The notes under the pieces were generated by a model. That model saw nothing but the letters and a program-made list of their open reading frames with translations, was not told the origin of the DNA and did not search any database. From a candidate division FCPU426 bacterium (GTDB lineage Bacteria > Oederibacteriota > Muellerivitia > Muellerivitales > Muellerivitaceae): a DNA stretch of 64,000 nucleotides. This document shows, in pieces, positions 10,114 to 21,140 of this stretch; within the stretch, counting starts at the first letter, position 1, and each line of letters opens with the position of its first letter. A program made the translations under genes and the position numbers. The stretch lies in NCBI GenBank assembly GCA_963719085.1, contig CAVRAL010000001.1:640001-704000 (forward strand), in the 5' to 3' direction.

Positions 10114-10195
10114 ACCGGGCCTAGGGTAGAAAAAAACGCGCCAGTTGGGATATAACGGGCCTCTTGCGGTTCGAACCGACGTCTGAAGGAAACCT

Positions 10196-13075
10196 ATGGC
10201 AAAAGATAAAATCATCGTCCGCGGCGCGCGGGAACATAACTTAAAAAACGTATCCGTCGAAATTCCGCGGGATCAATTGGTGGTCATCACGGGTGTTTCG
10301 GGTTCGGGTAAATCCTCTTTGGCCTTCGACACCCTCTACGCCGAGGGGCAACGCCGGTATGTGGAGTCGCTTTCGTCCTATGCCCGTCAATTTTTAGGCT
10401 TGATGGAAAAACCGGATGTGGATTTGATCGAGGGGCTTTCGCCCGCGGTGGCGATCCAGCAAAAGGCGGGCAGCAAAAATCCCCGTTCCACCGTGGGGAC
10501 CACCACGGAAATATACGACTACTTAAGGCTTCTGTTCGCCCGGGTGGGAACACCCCACTGCGTCAATTGCGGCCGGCCCATCAGCCGGCAGACCGCCCAA
10601 CAAATCATTGAGCGGGTGTTGCGGTTTCCCGAGGGCTCAAAAATTCACGTACTGGCGCCTTTGGCCTCGGGCCGCAAAGGCGAGTACAAAAAGTTGTTTG
10701 ATCAAATCCGCAAGGATGGGTTTGTGCGGGTCCGGTTGGACGGAAAAATTTTGGACCTGGATGACGATATCCAATTGGAAAAAAACAAAAAACATGATGT
10801 GGAGATCGTTGTGGACCGCCTGGTGGCGAAGGCCGATATTAAAAAGAGATTGTCCGATTCCGTTGAGACGGCTTTGAAACATGGGGACGGGATCATCAAA
10901 ATATTGCTGGGCGACAAGGGAAAAGAAGAGGAGTTCCTTTACTCCGAACATTATGCTTGCGTTTATTGTGGGCTTAGCATGGAAGAGCCGGCTCCCCGCA
11001 GCTTTTCGTTCAATAACCCCCATGGAGCCTGCCCGGCTTGTACCGGGATGGGGCATAAAATGGAAGCGGATGAATCCCTGGTCGTTGATGTCGAGAAAAG
11101 CATCGCCGAAGGCGCGATTGAGCCTTATGACTCACCCAAAGCCCTTTATTACCAAAATCTTATCGAGGGCGTGTGTCAACACTTTGGCGTCGGGCAGGAT
11201 ATTCCTTTTCACAAACTGCCGAAAAAAGTAAAGGACGCCATCCTTTATGGAACAACCGAGGAGATCGAGTTCAAAATCAAAAAGGGAAGCTACCAGCAGA
11301 AATATTGGGGGACTTTTGAGGGCGTTTTGCCCAACCTGGAGCGTCGTTTTCATGAGACCGATTCGGAGTATATCCGCGAGGAGATTGAAAAATATTTGGT
11401 CAGCAAACCCTGCCGCGCCTGTAAGGGAACGCGGTTAAAACCGGAGAGCCTGGCGGTCACCATTGACGGTAAAAATATTATTGATGTGACGAAATTTTCG
11501 GTTAAAAGATCGCTGGAGTTTTTTGAGAACCTAAAATTGGACGAAAAGTCCAAAAAGATCGGCGAGCAAATTTTCCGGGAAGTCAAAAGTCGGCTGGTTT
11601 TCATGAAGAATGTGGGGCTGGATTATTTGACACTCGACCGAATGACGGCTTCGTTGTCGGGCGGGGAAGCCCAACGCATTCATTTGGCCACCCAAATCGG
11701 AAGCGCCTTGGTGGGCGTGCTTTATATTTTGGATGAGCCCTCCATTGGGCTTCATCAACGGGACAATCTGCGGCTTTTGAATACCTTAAAGCGCCTGCGG
11801 GATATTGGGAATACGGTCATCGTGGTCGAGCATGATGAGGACACGATGGAAGAGGCGGACTATATCGTGGATATGGGTCTGGGGGCCGGCGTGAACGGCG
11901 GCGAGGTGATTGTGGCGGGTGACTTGAATAAAATTCTCGGGGACCCCAAATCGCTCACCGGAAAATATCTCTCGGGGAAATTGTCGATCCCGGCCCTTTT
12001 GAAAAGCGAAAAGCCCCTGGACAAACGGCTGGTACTCAAGGGCGCCACCATGAATAACCTGAAAAATTTAACCGTTGAGTTTCCTTTGGGCGGGTTGGTC
12101 GCCGTGACCGGGGTTTCGGGATCGGGGAAAAGCACCCTGGTAATGGAGACCCTGTATCCGGCCTTGATTCACAAACTTTATCATTTGAGGATGAAGCCGG
12201 AAGGTTATGAGTCGCTGGAAGGCGTTCAACATATCGACAAGGTGATCGAGATTGACCAGTCGCCCATCGGCCGAACGCCCCGCTCCAACCCGGCCACTTA
12301 TACGGGTATTTTTACCCATGTGCGCGATCTTTTCGCGCGATTGCCGGACGCGAAAGCGCGGGGTTACAAGGAAGGTCGATTCAGCTTCAACGTCAAAGGC
12401 GGCCGCTGCGAGGCTTGCGAGGGGGATGGGGTTATTAAAATTGAGATGCATTTCCTGCCCGATGTTTATGTTCCTTGCGAGGTGTGTAAGGGGAAGCGCT
12501 ACAACCGGGAGACTTTGGAAATTCAGTACAAAGGAAAAAATATCGCGGATGTCTTGGGAATGAGCATTGATGAGGCGCTTCCTTTTTTTCAAGCGATCCC
12601 CAAAATCAAAAAGGTTTTGGAAACCTTGGGCGACGTGGGATTGGGTTATATCAAACTGGGACAGCCCGCCACCACGCTTTCCGGGGGGGAAGCCCAGCGC
12701 GTGAAGCTTTCAACGGAATTAGGCAAACGCAGCACGGGTAAGACGGTTTATATCCTGGATGAACCCACGACGGGACTTCATTTCGCCGATGTGGACCATT
12801 TGATCAAGGTCTTGAAGCGGCTCGTCGACGCGGGGAACACGGTGATCGTGATTGAGCATAATTTGGATGTCATTAAAACCGCCGACCATTTGATTGATTT
12901 GGGGCCCGAAGGGGGCGAGGAGGGCGGTCAAATTGTGGGGGAAGGTTCGGTTTCCGAATTGGCGTCGAATCCCAAGTCTTTTACGGGCCGCTATTTGGCT
13001 GAAAAAATTAAAAAAGACAGGGAAAGGGCGCAAAAAGGCGTCCGACCCAAGGTCGCCGATCGAATTGCACGTTGA
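10196..13075 (+). CDS. uvrA: Excinuclease ABC subunit A
   Basis: GAREHNLKN, two GVSGSGKS Walker A motifs, LSGGEAQR twice, zinc fingers; 959 aa. Confidence 0.99.
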   Translation: MAKDKIIVRGAREHNLKNVSVEIPRDQLVVITGVSGSGKSSLAFDTLYAEGQRRYVESLSSYARQFLGLMEKPDVDLIEGLSPAVAIQQKAGSKNPRSTVGTTTEIYDYLRLLFARVGTPHCVNCGRPISRQTAQQIIERVLRFPEGSKIHVLAPLASGRKGEYKKLFDQIRKDGFVRVRLDGKILDLDDDIQLEKNKKHDVEIVVDRLVAKADIKKRLSDSVETALKHGDGIIKILLGDKGKEEEFLYSEHYACVYCGLSMEEPAPRSFSFNNPHGACPACTGMGHKMEADESLVVDVEKSIAEGAIEPYDSPKALYYQNLIEGVCQHFGVGQDIPFHKLPKKVKDAILYGTTEEIEFKIKKGSYQQKYWGTFEGVLPNLERRFHETDSEYIREEIEKYLVSKPCRACKGTRLKPESLAVTIDGKNIIDVTKFSVKRSLEFFENLKLDEKSKKIGEQIFREVKSRLVFMKNVGLDYLTLDRMTASLSGGEAQRIHLATQIGSALVGVLYILDEPSIGLHQRDNLRLLNTLKRLRDIGNTVIVVEHDEDTMEEADYIVDMGLGAGVNGGEVIVAGDLNKILGDPKSLTGKYLSGKLSIPALLKSEKPLDKRLVLKGATMNNLKNLTVEFPLGGLVAVTGVSGSGKSTLVMETLYPALIHKLYHLRMKPEGYESLEGVQHIDKVIEIDQSPIGRTPRSNPATYTGIFTHVRDLFARLPDAKARGYKEGRFSFNVKGGRCEACEGDGVIKIEMHFLPDVYVPCEVCKGKRYNRETLEIQYKGKNIADVLGMSIDEALPFFQAIPKIKKVLETLGDVGLGYIKLGQPATTLSGGEAQRVKLSTELGKRSTGKTVYILDEPTTGLHFADVDHLIKVLKRLVDAGNTVIVIEHNLDVIKTADHLIDLGPEGGEEGGQIVGEGSVSELASNPKSFTGRYLAEKIKKDRERAQKGVRPKVADRIAR

Positions 13076-13100
13076 CGCGTAATTTAGGCAGGGTTATAAT
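13072..13100 (+). promoter_or_regulatory. Near-consensus sigma70 promoter
   Basis: TTGACG (13072-13077), 17-nt spacer, TATAAT (13095-13100). Confidence 0.75.
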
Positions 13101-13130
13101 TTTCCTATAAATTACGGGGGTTTATGTCAA

Positions 13131-14099
13131 TTGATCAAAATTTCCAGCCGCGTTAATCCAATTAAAACGCTCGTTTTTATGGCCGTGATATCGATTTACT
13201 GCGCGTTAGGTTCAAGTCTTTTCGCCGACCCGGGAACCACCGGCGCGGTGGAACTCAAGATTCCCGTGGGGCCCCGGGCCATTGCCATGGGGGGGGCTTT
13301 CGTGGCTGTGGCCGATGACGCGAACGCCATCTATTGGAATCCGGCGGGCTTGCGCCAATTAGGCGGAACGGCTTTGACAGCCCAATATACCGACTTCATT
13401 GATACCGTAAATTACAACTATTTTGCCGCCGCTACCCCCTTGGGAAATGACGCGGCCATTGGTTTAGGAGCGAAACTTTTAACCACCGGCAATGAAGAAG
13501 TCGTTGACTCAAATGGGAATTTAACCGGCGCTTCTTTCAATGAAAACTACATGGATATTGATGTGGCGGCGGCCTTGAAAATTAACTACTTTTTGGATGT
13601 GGGGATAGTCGGCAAGTACATTTCAAAATCTTTGGCCTCAACTACGGCTTCGACTTTCGCCGTGGATCTAGGGGTTCTGTACCGGACGCCCATCGCCCAT
13701 CTCACTACCGGGTTGAACCTTCAGAATATCGGGCCTGGTTTAAAGTTCGTGAATGTATCGGATCCTTTACCTTTCAACGTGAAGGTCGGGGCGGCTTATA
13801 AAATGTTCGACGATAACTTCACTTTGGCGATGGATTTTAACTTTCCCACGGACAACGATCCTTCCGTCAGCTTGGGCGGTGAATATTGGTACATGAATAC
13901 CTTAGTCGGACGGTTTGGTTATGAGTTGCAAGGCTCTTTTGACCAGAATCAATTGGGGAATGGCGCTAAGGCGGGGCTTTATTTAGGCGCCGGGGTTAAA
14001 GTGGCCGCTTTCAAAACCAATATCGGCCTGGATTACGCTTGGTCTTCCCAGGGGTTCTTGGGAACTTCCAACCGGTTCGCTTTGAACGTTTATTTATAA
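13131..14099 (+). CDS. Second PorV/PorQ (UPF0164)-family beta-barrel
   Basis: LKIPVGPRAIAMGGAFVAVADDANAIYWNPAGL, NLQNIGP, LPFNVKVG; start uncertain. Confidence 0.85.
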   Translation: MIKISSRVNPIKTLVFMAVISIYCALGSSLFADPGTTGAVELKIPVGPRAIAMGGAFVAVADDANAIYWNPAGLRQLGGTALTAQYTDFIDTVNYNYFAAATPLGNDAAIGLGAKLLTTGNEEVVDSNGNLTGASFNENYMDIDVAAALKINYFLDVGIVGKYISKSLASTTASTFAVDLGVLYRTPIAHLTTGLNLQNIGPGLKFVNVSDPLPFNVKVGAAYKMFDDNFTLAMDFNFPTDNDPSVSLGGEYWYMNTLVGRFGYELQGSFDQNQLGNGAKAGLYLGAGVKVAAFKTNIGLDYAWSSQGFLGTSNRFALNVYL

Positions 14100-14211
14100 T
14101 AAGGGCTATTTCTTTCTCCTATCCCGCGTGCTAACTTATTCGCGCTGAACATCTGCCTTAGGCTTCACTTTGCGCCGGTAGCAATAATGTTTTCATCATC
14201 AGGGGTCATCC

Positions 14212-14868
14212 ATGAGCACCGAACAAGAAATTTTTGATAAATGCGGGCGTTCCTATAACGGCAACGATTCCATTTTCCGCGAGGGCGATATCGGGAATGA
14301 GATGTATATCATCCAATCCGGAAAAGTCAAAATCACGAAACAGCTCAAAAGCGGCGAGGAAAAGACCCTGGTCATTTTAGGCCCCGGGGATTTTTTCGGT
14401 GAAATGGCGGTCATTGATAAGGACGTTCGTTCGGCCAATGCCACGGCCCTGGAAGCTTCCCGTTTGATCGCGTTGGACGAGGAAGTGTTCGAGATGCACA
14501 TGCAGTCCAACCCCAAGATCGTCAAAAAAATCCTGAAAAACCTGACTTCCCGGCTGCGGGATGCCAATCAACAAATCGCGAACTTAATGATTAAAGACGC
14601 GAACCGGCTGGTGGCCAACACGATTCTTTTGGTCGTCCACAAGCACGGCGAAGAGGGGCCCGATGGAATCACCATGGACATCCCCTTCACGATTTCCGAG
14701 TTGAGCAAAATGTGCGGTTTGGAAATGTCGAAGACCCATGAAATTGTCGATAAGTTAATGAAAGCCAAAGTCATCCGTTTGAGCGGCGAGGCCATCACGG
14801 TGAACAGCCTGGATAGCTTGGAAAAGTTCATTAAATACCTGGAAATGAAGGAACAGTTCGGGGAATAA
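14212..14868 (+). CDS. Crp/Fnr-family cNMP-binding regulator
   Basis: IFREGD..MYIIQSGKVKI, GDFFGEMA..RSANA, C-terminal HTH-like region; no FNR Cys cluster. Confidence 0.88.
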   Translation: MSTEQEIFDKCGRSYNGNDSIFREGDIGNEMYIIQSGKVKITKQLKSGEEKTLVILGPGDFFGEMAVIDKDVRSANATALEASRLIALDEEVFEMHMQSNPKIVKKILKNLTSRLRDANQQIANLMIKDANRLVANTILLVVHKHGEEGPDGITMDIPFTISELSKMCGLEMSKTHEIVDKLMKAKVIRLSGEAITVNSLDSLEKFIKYLEMKEQFGE

Positions 14869-14881
14869 CCAAAGAAGTCGT

Positions 14882-14912
14882 AAGCCCCACGATGCCGTGG
14901 GGCTTTTTTTTT
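14882..14912 (+). terminator. Intrinsic terminator
   Basis: AAGCCCCACG-ATGC-CGTGGGGCTT followed by a T run. Confidence 0.88.
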
Positions 14913-14959
14913 GCTTGCTTGATTTCCGTCCTTAAACTCCAAATACTGTCCATTAAATT

Positions 14960-15952
14960 TTGACCGAGCGGGGAAGTGTGCGATTAACCGAATTGACGGG
15001 GCCAATCCAAGGGGAGCTTGATCGGGTCGAATCCGCCATCGGATCGGCTCTCAAGAGCGATAATCCTTTTATCCAACAAATGGTCGATTACCTCGCCCGC
15101 ACCCAAGGCAAACGAGTTCGGCCGGCCTTGGCGGTTCTGGCGGCCCGTTTTTGCGGGACCGTGCCCTCCGAGACGATCGCCCTCGGGGCGGCTTTGGAAA
15201 TGCTCCATGTGGCCACCTTGATCCACGACGACATCATTGATAATTCCTCCATCCGCCGGAAACAAAAGACCCTTAATTTTAAATGGGGGAACGAGGTTTC
15301 GGTTTTGATGGGCGATTATGTCTTCGCCTCCTCCTTTTACCTGATGGCCAAAAACCTGCCCAAGGATATCCTGGGAATTCTCGCGGACACCACCAACATT
15401 ATTTGCCGGGGTGAAATCTCGGAAACCGGAAACCGCTTTAATGTGGGCTTGACCCAAGACGACTATGAGCTGATTGTGCGCGAGAAAACGGCTTGTCTTT
15501 TCGCCGCCAGTTGTGAGACCGGCGCGCTGCTCGCGGGCGGGCCGGCGGAAACGGTGGAACGCTTCCGGCGTTTTGGAATGGGCATCGGTATGGCTTTTCA
15601 AATTATCGACGATACGCTTGATTTTGTCGGCCGCCAAAAGCGCGTCGGGAAACCCGTCATGAGTGATTTGCGCGAAGGAAAGCTGACCTTGCCGGTTTTG
15701 ATTTGCCTTGAGAAGTCGTCGGCGGCCGAGAAGAAAAAAATTAAGACAATGATCCTCCGTAAGGTGAAGACGGCCGCCGATTTTAAGTTTTTGTCCCTTC
15801 TTCTGAAGAAGACGGACGCGATCCGCCTTTCGGTGGCCCGGGCCCAAGAATGGGTGGAAGAGGCGAAGGGCGCCATCGGGCCGTTGAAGGATGGACGTGA
15901 CAAAAACGATCTTATTAAGTTCGCCGACTTTTTAATCGGCCGCGACTTTTAG
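14960..15952 (+). CDS. Polyprenyl diphosphate synthase (IspB/HepT-like)
   Basis: GKRVRP, LIHDDIID, FQIIDDTLD, DLREGKLTLP; true start may be GTG 14978. Confidence 0.93.
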   Translation: MTERGSVRLTELTGPIQGELDRVESAIGSALKSDNPFIQQMVDYLARTQGKRVRPALAVLAARFCGTVPSETIALGAALEMLHVATLIHDDIIDNSSIRRKQKTLNFKWGNEVSVLMGDYVFASSFYLMAKNLPKDILGILADTTNIICRGEISETGNRFNVGLTQDDYELIVREKTACLFAASCETGALLAGGPAETVERFRRFGMGIGMAFQIIDDTLDFVGRQKRVGKPVMSDLREGKLTLPVLICLEKSSAAEKKKIKTMILRKVKTAADFKFLSLLLKKTDAIRLSVARAQEWVEEAKGAIGPLKDGRDKNDLIKFADFLIGRDF

Positions 15953-16037
15953 TTTTAGGTTTTCCTTGATATTTCGGGGTCGATCGTGTTTATATTGACC
16001 CGTTTACCATTCCGTCATTTGCCCGAAAAGGACCGTT

Positions 16038-16418
16038 ATGCTTGAACAATATGGGACTGTTCTCGTGTTTCTGGTGGCGGGGATTTTTTTCATTTTGATG
16101 GCTTTTTTAACCGCTTGGCTGGTGGGCGCTAACGGGCTTCTGGGCTATTCCCAATCGCATAATTTGGATGTTTTCGAGGATACTTACGAAAGCGGCGTCG
16201 AAACCATCGGCACGTCCTGGGTTCGTTTCAATGTCAGCTTTTATCTCTATGCCTTACTTTTTCTCATTTTTGATATTGAGACGGTTTTCCTTTACCCTTG
16301 GGCGGTTTCGTTCAAAAAGATGGGGATGTTCGGATTTTCTGAAATGATCATTTTCATCGCCATTCTGTTGGTGGGTTTGGCCTACGCCTGGAAGAAGGAG
16401 GCTTTGAAATGGGAGTAG
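16038..16418 (+). CDS. nuoA: Complex I subunit A
   Basis: [30 protein letters not shown]. Confidence 0.95.
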   Translation: MLEQYGTVLVFLVAGIFFILMAFLTAWLVGANGLLGYSQSHNLDVFEDTYESGVETIGTSWVRFNVSFYLYALLFLIFDIETVFLYPWAVSFKKMGMFGFSEMIIFIAILLVGLAYAWKKEALKWE

Positions 16419-16951
16419 AACTGAAGGGTTTGACAAGGGCCGATCTCCGGGGCCTGGAGAGCGAAAGCGCCATTCCGGGTCTTTGGACCTTGGAAAAGGC
16501 CGTTGGGTTTATTTTTAAATGGGCTCGAAAAAACTCCCTGTGGCCCCTGCAATTTGGGACGGCTTGCTGCGCCATTGAGATGATGGCCACGGCCTCCGGA
16601 CGTTATGACTTGGCCCGTTTTGGCGCGGAGGTTTTCAGGCCCTCGCCCCGGCAGGCGGATCTTTTAATCGCCGCGGGAACGATCACCGAGAAAATGGGAT
16701 ACGCGCTCAAGAAGCTTTACGACCAAATGCCCAAACCCAGCTGGGTCATCGCCATGGGCAGCTGCACCATCGCGGGAGGGCCCTATTATTACGATTCTTA
16801 TACGGTGGTGAAGGGAATTGATTCTTTCATCCCGGTGGATGTTTATGTCCCGGGTTGTCCACCGCGGCCGGAGTCCTTGATTCACGGGTTGATGGCCATT
16901 CAAAAGAAGATTGAAGATGAGCCGATTTTCCGCCGTCGTCGGGTGGAATGA
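16409..16951 (+). CDS. nuoB: Complex I subunit B
   Basis: [29 protein letters not shown]. Confidence 0.97.
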   Translation: MGVELKGLTRADLRGLESESAIPGLWTLEKAVGFIFKWARKNSLWPLQFGTACCAIEMMATASGRYDLARFGAEVFRPSPRQADLLIAAGTITEKMGYALKKLYDQMPKPSWVIAMGSCTIAGGPYYYDSYTVVKGIDSFIPVDVYVPGCPPRPESLIHGLMAIQKKIEDEPIFRRRRVE

Positions 16952-17006
16952 CTGAAATTAGTCTGATCCTCAAGTTGTAAACTAAGACCCGGGAGCTTTT
17001 GAATCC

Positions 17007-17480
17007 ATGACGCTGGATGAATTAAAGGCTAAAATCGATACGGATTTTAAGGATCAGGTCCTCACTTCGGCCGTGAGCCCGCAAAAAGAACTGATCGTCA
17101 CCGTTAAACCCGAGGCCTATCTCTCGGTTTGCTCCCAACTGCGCGATCAACCGGACTTCGCCTTTCGGCATCTCTCCTGTTTAACCGCCGTTGATTACCC
17201 CAAAGAAAACAAGATCACGGTCGTGGATCATTTGTGGTCTTACGCCCATTCGCACCAGGTGACGGTGAAGGTGGACCTGCCCCGCGACAATCCTAAAATT
17301 CCGACCGTCGAGAACATTTGGAAAAGCGCCAATTGGCTGGAACGGGAAGTTTACGACCTTTATGGGGTGACTTTTGAAGGGCACTCGGACTTGCGCCGGA
17401 TCATGATGCCTGAGGATTACAAAAAGTATCCCTTGCGAAAGGACTTTTCCGATGACGGATTTATTATTAAGCCAAATTAG
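17007..17480 (+). CDS. nuoC: Complex I subunit C
   Basis: [31 protein letters not shown]. Confidence 0.95.
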   Translation: MTLDELKAKIDTDFKDQVLTSAVSPQKELIVTVKPEAYLSVCSQLRDQPDFAFRHLSCLTAVDYPKENKITVVDHLWSYAHSHQVTVKVDLPRDNPKIPTVENIWKSANWLEREVYDLYGVTFEGHSDLRRIMMPEDYKKYPLRKDFSDDGFIIKPN

Positions 17481-18597
17481 GGGCGGCCAAGAGTCCCAAT
17501 TTGGCACGGATGAATACGTCGTCAATTTGGGCCCCCAACATCCTTCCACCCACGGCGTCTTAAGGCTGGTGGTTCGTTTGGACGGGGAAACGGTCAAGGA
17601 AACCACGCCGGTTTTGGGTTATCTGCACCGCTCGATCGAGAAAATTTGCGAAAACCGCACTTACCCCCAATGCATCACCTACACGGACCGGGTGGATTAT
17701 GTCTCGGCCATGAGCGTGAATTTCGCGTTCGCCTACGCGGTGGAAAAACTGCTGGGTGTGGAAGCCCCGGCCCGGGCCCAATGGCTGCGGATGATCATGG
17801 TGGAGCTCCAGCGCATCGCCAGCCACTTGTTATGGATGGGTTCTTTCGGCGGTGATTTGGGCGCCCTGACGCCCCTCCTTTATGGCATGCGGGAGAGGGA
17901 ACGCATCATCGATCTTTTTGAGATGACCTGCGGCCAGCGCCTGACTTATAACTACATCCGCATCGGCGGGGTGATGATCGATATCCTGCCCGAGTTTGTT
18001 CCCAAGTGCCGGAGCTTTTTGGATTATTTTGAGAAGCGCGTGGATGAGTACGAGAGCCTGCTGACCTACAATCCCATTTTCCTCGAACGGACCAAGGGCG
18101 TGGGCGTCATTACGCCGGAAGTCGGGATCAATTGCGGCGTGACCGGGCCGGCTTTGCGCGGTTCGGGGGTTTCCTGCGACGTGCGCAAAAAACAGCCTTA
18201 TCTTTTTTATGACCAAGTGAAATTTGAGGAAGCCTTGGGGACGGACGGCGATTGCTGGAGCCGCTACCGGGTGCGCATGGACGAGATGGTCCAATCGGTT
18301 TCCATTATCCGCCAATGTTTGGACCGCCTGGAGCCGGGGCCGGTGGAAGCCAAACTGCCGCCGGTTTTGAAAGTGCCGGCCGGGACCGAGGTTTACAGCC
18401 GAATTGAGTCCTCCCGGGGGGAAATGGGAGTTTATTTGGTGGGAGATGGCACGGCCAAGCCCTGGAAATGCAAGTTCCGCTGCGCTTCTTTTAATAATGT
18501 TTACGTTTTGGATCAGCTGACCCGGGGTTGGAAATTGGCGGATATCATGGCGGTACTGGGCAGCATGGATATGATCGTTCCGGAAGTCGACCGGTAG
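17452..18597 (+). CDS. nuoD: Complex I subunit D
   Basis: [29 protein letters not shown], terminal EVDR; no NiFe CxxC motifs. Confidence 0.97.
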   Translation: MTDLLLSQIRGGQESQFGTDEYVVNLGPQHPSTHGVLRLVVRLDGETVKETTPVLGYLHRSIEKICENRTYPQCITYTDRVDYVSAMSVNFAFAYAVEKLLGVEAPARAQWLRMIMVELQRIASHLLWMGSFGGDLGALTPLLYGMRERERIIDLFEMTCGQRLTYNYIRIGGVMIDILPEFVPKCRSFLDYFEKRVDEYESLLTYNPIFLERTKGVGVITPEVGINCGVTGPALRGSGVSCDVRKKQPYLFYDQVKFEEALGTDGDCWSRYRVRMDEMVQSVSIIRQCLDRLEPGPVEAKLPPVLKVPAGTEVYSRIESSRGEMGVYLVGDGTAKPWKCKFRCASFNNVYVLDQLTRGWKLADIMAVLGSMDMIVPEVDR

Positions 18598-18624
18598 GCA
18601 TTTTTTAATTAAGGAATTTGGATC

Positions 18625-19683
18625 ATGGGTGAAAAAATCGTCGAAGGCGTAGGCGGCGCGCTCCATTGGGTTTACGCGTTGTTGCGCCTTTCGGCCTGGA
18701 CCAATATTTTGGATACGATCGTGGTCGCGGTCGTCATGTTCGCGCTTGTGGCGGTTTTCGTCATGTTTTTGGTTTGGATGGAGCGCAAGGTATCGGCCCA
18801 TATGCAAAGCCGGATCGGCCCCAATCGGGTGGGCCCCTTGGGACTTTTTCAAACCCTGGCGGACGCGATCAAATTGACCACCAAAGAAGACGTGAAGCCC
18901 GTTCACCGGGACAAGATTCCTTACTTCATCGCCCCCATCGTGGCTTTCGTGGCCACCTTCATGGGGCTTGTGGTGATTCCCTTTGACCAGGGAATGGTGG
19001 TTCAAGATTTGAACGTGGGCATTCTTTATGTGATCGCGATCACCGGTTTTACGGTGGTGGCCATTTTGACGGCGGGATGGAGCTCCAATAACAAATACGC
19101 TTTGCTGGGCGGGTTTCGCTCGGCGGCCCAAATTGTCAGCTATGAAATTCCTTTGGTCATGTCCCTGGTCCCCGTCATCATGGTGACCGGTTCCTTGAGC
19201 CTGAAGTCTATCGTGGAATATCAACATCAGGCGGGCTATTGGTTCGTGTTTCCCCAAATCGCGGCTTTCGTTATCTTTCTCATTTCCGCCACGGCGGAAG
19301 CCAACCGGGCTCCCTTTGATATTCCGGAAGCTGAGTCCGAATTGATCGGCGGGTTCCATACCGAATACTCCGGCGTGAAATTCGCGATGTTTTTTTTGGG
19401 CGAATATATCGCCATGGTGGTTTCGGCTTCCGTGGCCACGGCGGTTTTCCTGGGCGGCTGGTTGCCGGTGCCTTTCCTGGCGTTTTTACACCTGCCCGGA
19501 TTTGTTTGGTTCGTTTTGAAAATTCTATTCATGATTTATTTGATTATGGCTTTCCGATGGACTTTTCCCCGCTTGCGGGTGGATCAATTGATGGATTTTG
19601 GCTGGAAGGTTTTGATTCCGCTTTCGATTCTCAATATTTTGGTCAGCGGCGCGGTTATTTTGATGTTGGGGAAGGGGAACTGA
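18625..19683 (+). CDS. nuoH: Complex I subunit H
   Basis: ERKVSAHMQSRIGPNRVGP, NRAPFDIPEAESEL, PRLRVDQLM. Confidence 0.97.
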   Translation: MGEKIVEGVGGALHWVYALLRLSAWTNILDTIVVAVVMFALVAVFVMFLVWMERKVSAHMQSRIGPNRVGPLGLFQTLADAIKLTTKEDVKPVHRDKIPYFIAPIVAFVATFMGLVVIPFDQGMVVQDLNVGILYVIAITGFTVVAILTAGWSSNNKYALLGGFRSAAQIVSYEIPLVMSLVPVIMVTGSLSLKSIVEYQHQAGYWFVFPQIAAFVIFLISATAEANRAPFDIPEAESELIGGFHTEYSGVKFAMFFLGEYIAMVVSASVATAVFLGGWLPVPFLAFLHLPGFVWFVLKILFMIYLIMAFRWTFPRLRVDQLMDFGWKVLIPLSILNILVSGAVILMLGKGN

Positions 19684-19684
19684 C

Positions 19685-20194
19685 ATGGGCGTTCTGAACT
19701 ATTTCCTCGGAATCTTCAAGGGTTTTTGGAACCTATTGTCGGGCCTGTCCGTGACCATCCGTTATTTTTTCAAAAAAACCAATACCCAGCAATATCCGGA
19801 AGAACGGCTCCCGCTGCCGGAGCGCAGCCGAAGCATGATCAAGCTGATCTATGACGGTGAAAAAGACATGTTCAATTGTGTGGCCTGCCTCATGTGCATG
19901 AAGGCCTGCCCCAACAGCTGTATCAAGCTGGAAGGGGTGAGGATGCCGGACGGGAAGCGGCGCATGACGACCTTCAAACTTGATTTTTCAACCTGCATTT
20001 TTTGCGGCTATTGTGTGGAAGCCTGCGGGTTCGACGCTTTGACTTTCGTGTCGGAAGAATATGAGAACTCGGTTTATAAACGCGGAAGCCTTTTGCAAGA
20101 CGAGAACGCGATGAAGTGGGTCCGTCCCGCGCAGCCTGTCTTAGCGCCTCTCGCGTCCGAAACGCCGGCCGCCGCCGCGCCGCCGGGAGTTTGA
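19685..20194 (+). CDS. nuoI: Complex I subunit I
   Basis: TQQYPE; CVACLMCMKACP and CIFCGYCVEAC 4Fe-4S motifs. Confidence 0.94.
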   Translation: MGVLNYFLGIFKGFWNLLSGLSVTIRYFFKKTNTQQYPEERLPLPERSRSMIKLIYDGEKDMFNCVACLMCMKACPNSCIKLEGVRMPDGKRRMTTFKLDFSTCIFCGYCVEACGFDALTFVSEEYENSVYKRGSLLQDENAMKWVRPAQPVLAPLASETPAAAAPPGV

Positions 20195-20196
20195 CC

Positions 20197-20781
20197 ATGG
20201 CCAACACAATTTTTTACGTCCTCGCCGCGGTTTCCCTGTTTTCGGCCCTGATGGCCGTGACTTTGAGAAACTTGTTTCATTGCGCTTTGTTTTTAGTTTT
20301 GGCCATGTTTGGAGTGGCGGGCCTTTTTCTTTATTTGAACGCGGAGTTTTTAGCCGCCGTCCAAGTCATTATTTATGTGGGGGCCGTGACGGTTTTTATC
20401 TTTTTCGGGATTATGTTTACCCGAAATGTGATGGATGAAAAAATCAACGTCATGAACCGGCAGTTTCTGCTCGCCTTGGCGGCGGCCGTCTTTTTTGGCT
20501 GGATCAGCTTTAAAGCGGTCCATCAATCCTCCTTCGCGAATTCCGAGCATCCCCTGATTTTAACGGCTCAGGCATCCGCTAACGCGGCGGGGGACACCGT
20601 TACGACAGTGGCCTCCTTGCCGAGCTCGGGGAACGAAAACTCCGACGTGGATGTTTACGCGTTGGCCACCGATTTGCTCAATCCGGCCCATGGATTCGCT
20701 TACGCTTTTGAGTTCGTCTCAATTCTTTTGCTGGCCGCGCTGGTGGGCGCCATTGTGGTGGCGCGAAAGGAACCCTCGTGA
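20197..20781 (+). CDS. nuoJ: Complex I subunit J
   Basis: LNAEFLAAVQVIIYVGAV, FEFVSILLLAALVGAI; start at ATG 20197 after GGGAG. Confidence 0.93.
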   Translation: MANTIFYVLAAVSLFSALMAVTLRNLFHCALFLVLAMFGVAGLFLYLNAEFLAAVQVIIYVGAVTVFIFFGIMFTRNVMDEKINVMNRQFLLALAAAVFFGWISFKAVHQSSFANSEHPLILTAQASANAAGDTVTTVASLPSSGNENSDVDVYALATDLLNPAHGFAYAFEFVSILLLAALVGAIVVARKEPS

Positions 20782-21092
20782 GCACCATTCCGATCGCCTA
20801 CTTTTTATATTTCGCCGTTCTTCTTTTTGGCATCGGGTTGTTCGGCGTTTTAGCCCGAAAAAACGCGATCTCGGTCTTGCTGGGTGTTGAGTTAATGCTC
20901 AACGCGGTCAACATCAACTATCTGACTTTCGCCAAATATTGGGGTTGGGACCATTTAACGGGTCCGGTTTTTGTCATTTTTATCATCACCGTCGGCGCCG
21001 CTGAAGTGGCGGTGGCCTTGGCGATTGTCATCTCGGTTTACCGCCAGTGGAAAACCGCCAATGTGGACGAGGTTCGTTTCTTAAAAGGCTGA
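20778..21092 (+). CDS. nuoK: Complex I subunit K
   Basis: GVELMLNAVNIN, AAEVAVALAI. Confidence 0.95.
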   Translation: MSTIPIAYFLYFAVLLFGIGLFGVLARKNAISVLLGVELMLNAVNINYLTFAKYWGWDHLTGPVFVIFIITVGAAEVAVALAIVISVYRQWKTANVDEVRFLKG

Positions 21093-21140
21093 GTCGGTGG
21101 AAGAGCGGTTCCAAGTCATCTTGAATGAAGGATAGGGGCA

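Noticed and set aside
14212..14868. FNR-type oxygen sensor controlling nuo/hem genes
   Set aside because: No FNR Cys cluster, a terminator follows the gene, and I found no clear TTGAT-N4-ATCAA box upstream of nuoA or ccsA.
16409..18597. nuoB/C/D as a group 4 NiFe hydrogenase
   Set aside because: The large subunit lacks both CxxC nickel motifs and keeps quinone-site residues.
17830..19359. 509-aa minus-strand ORF
   Set aside because: Antisense shadow of nuoD/nuoH with no recognisable motifs.
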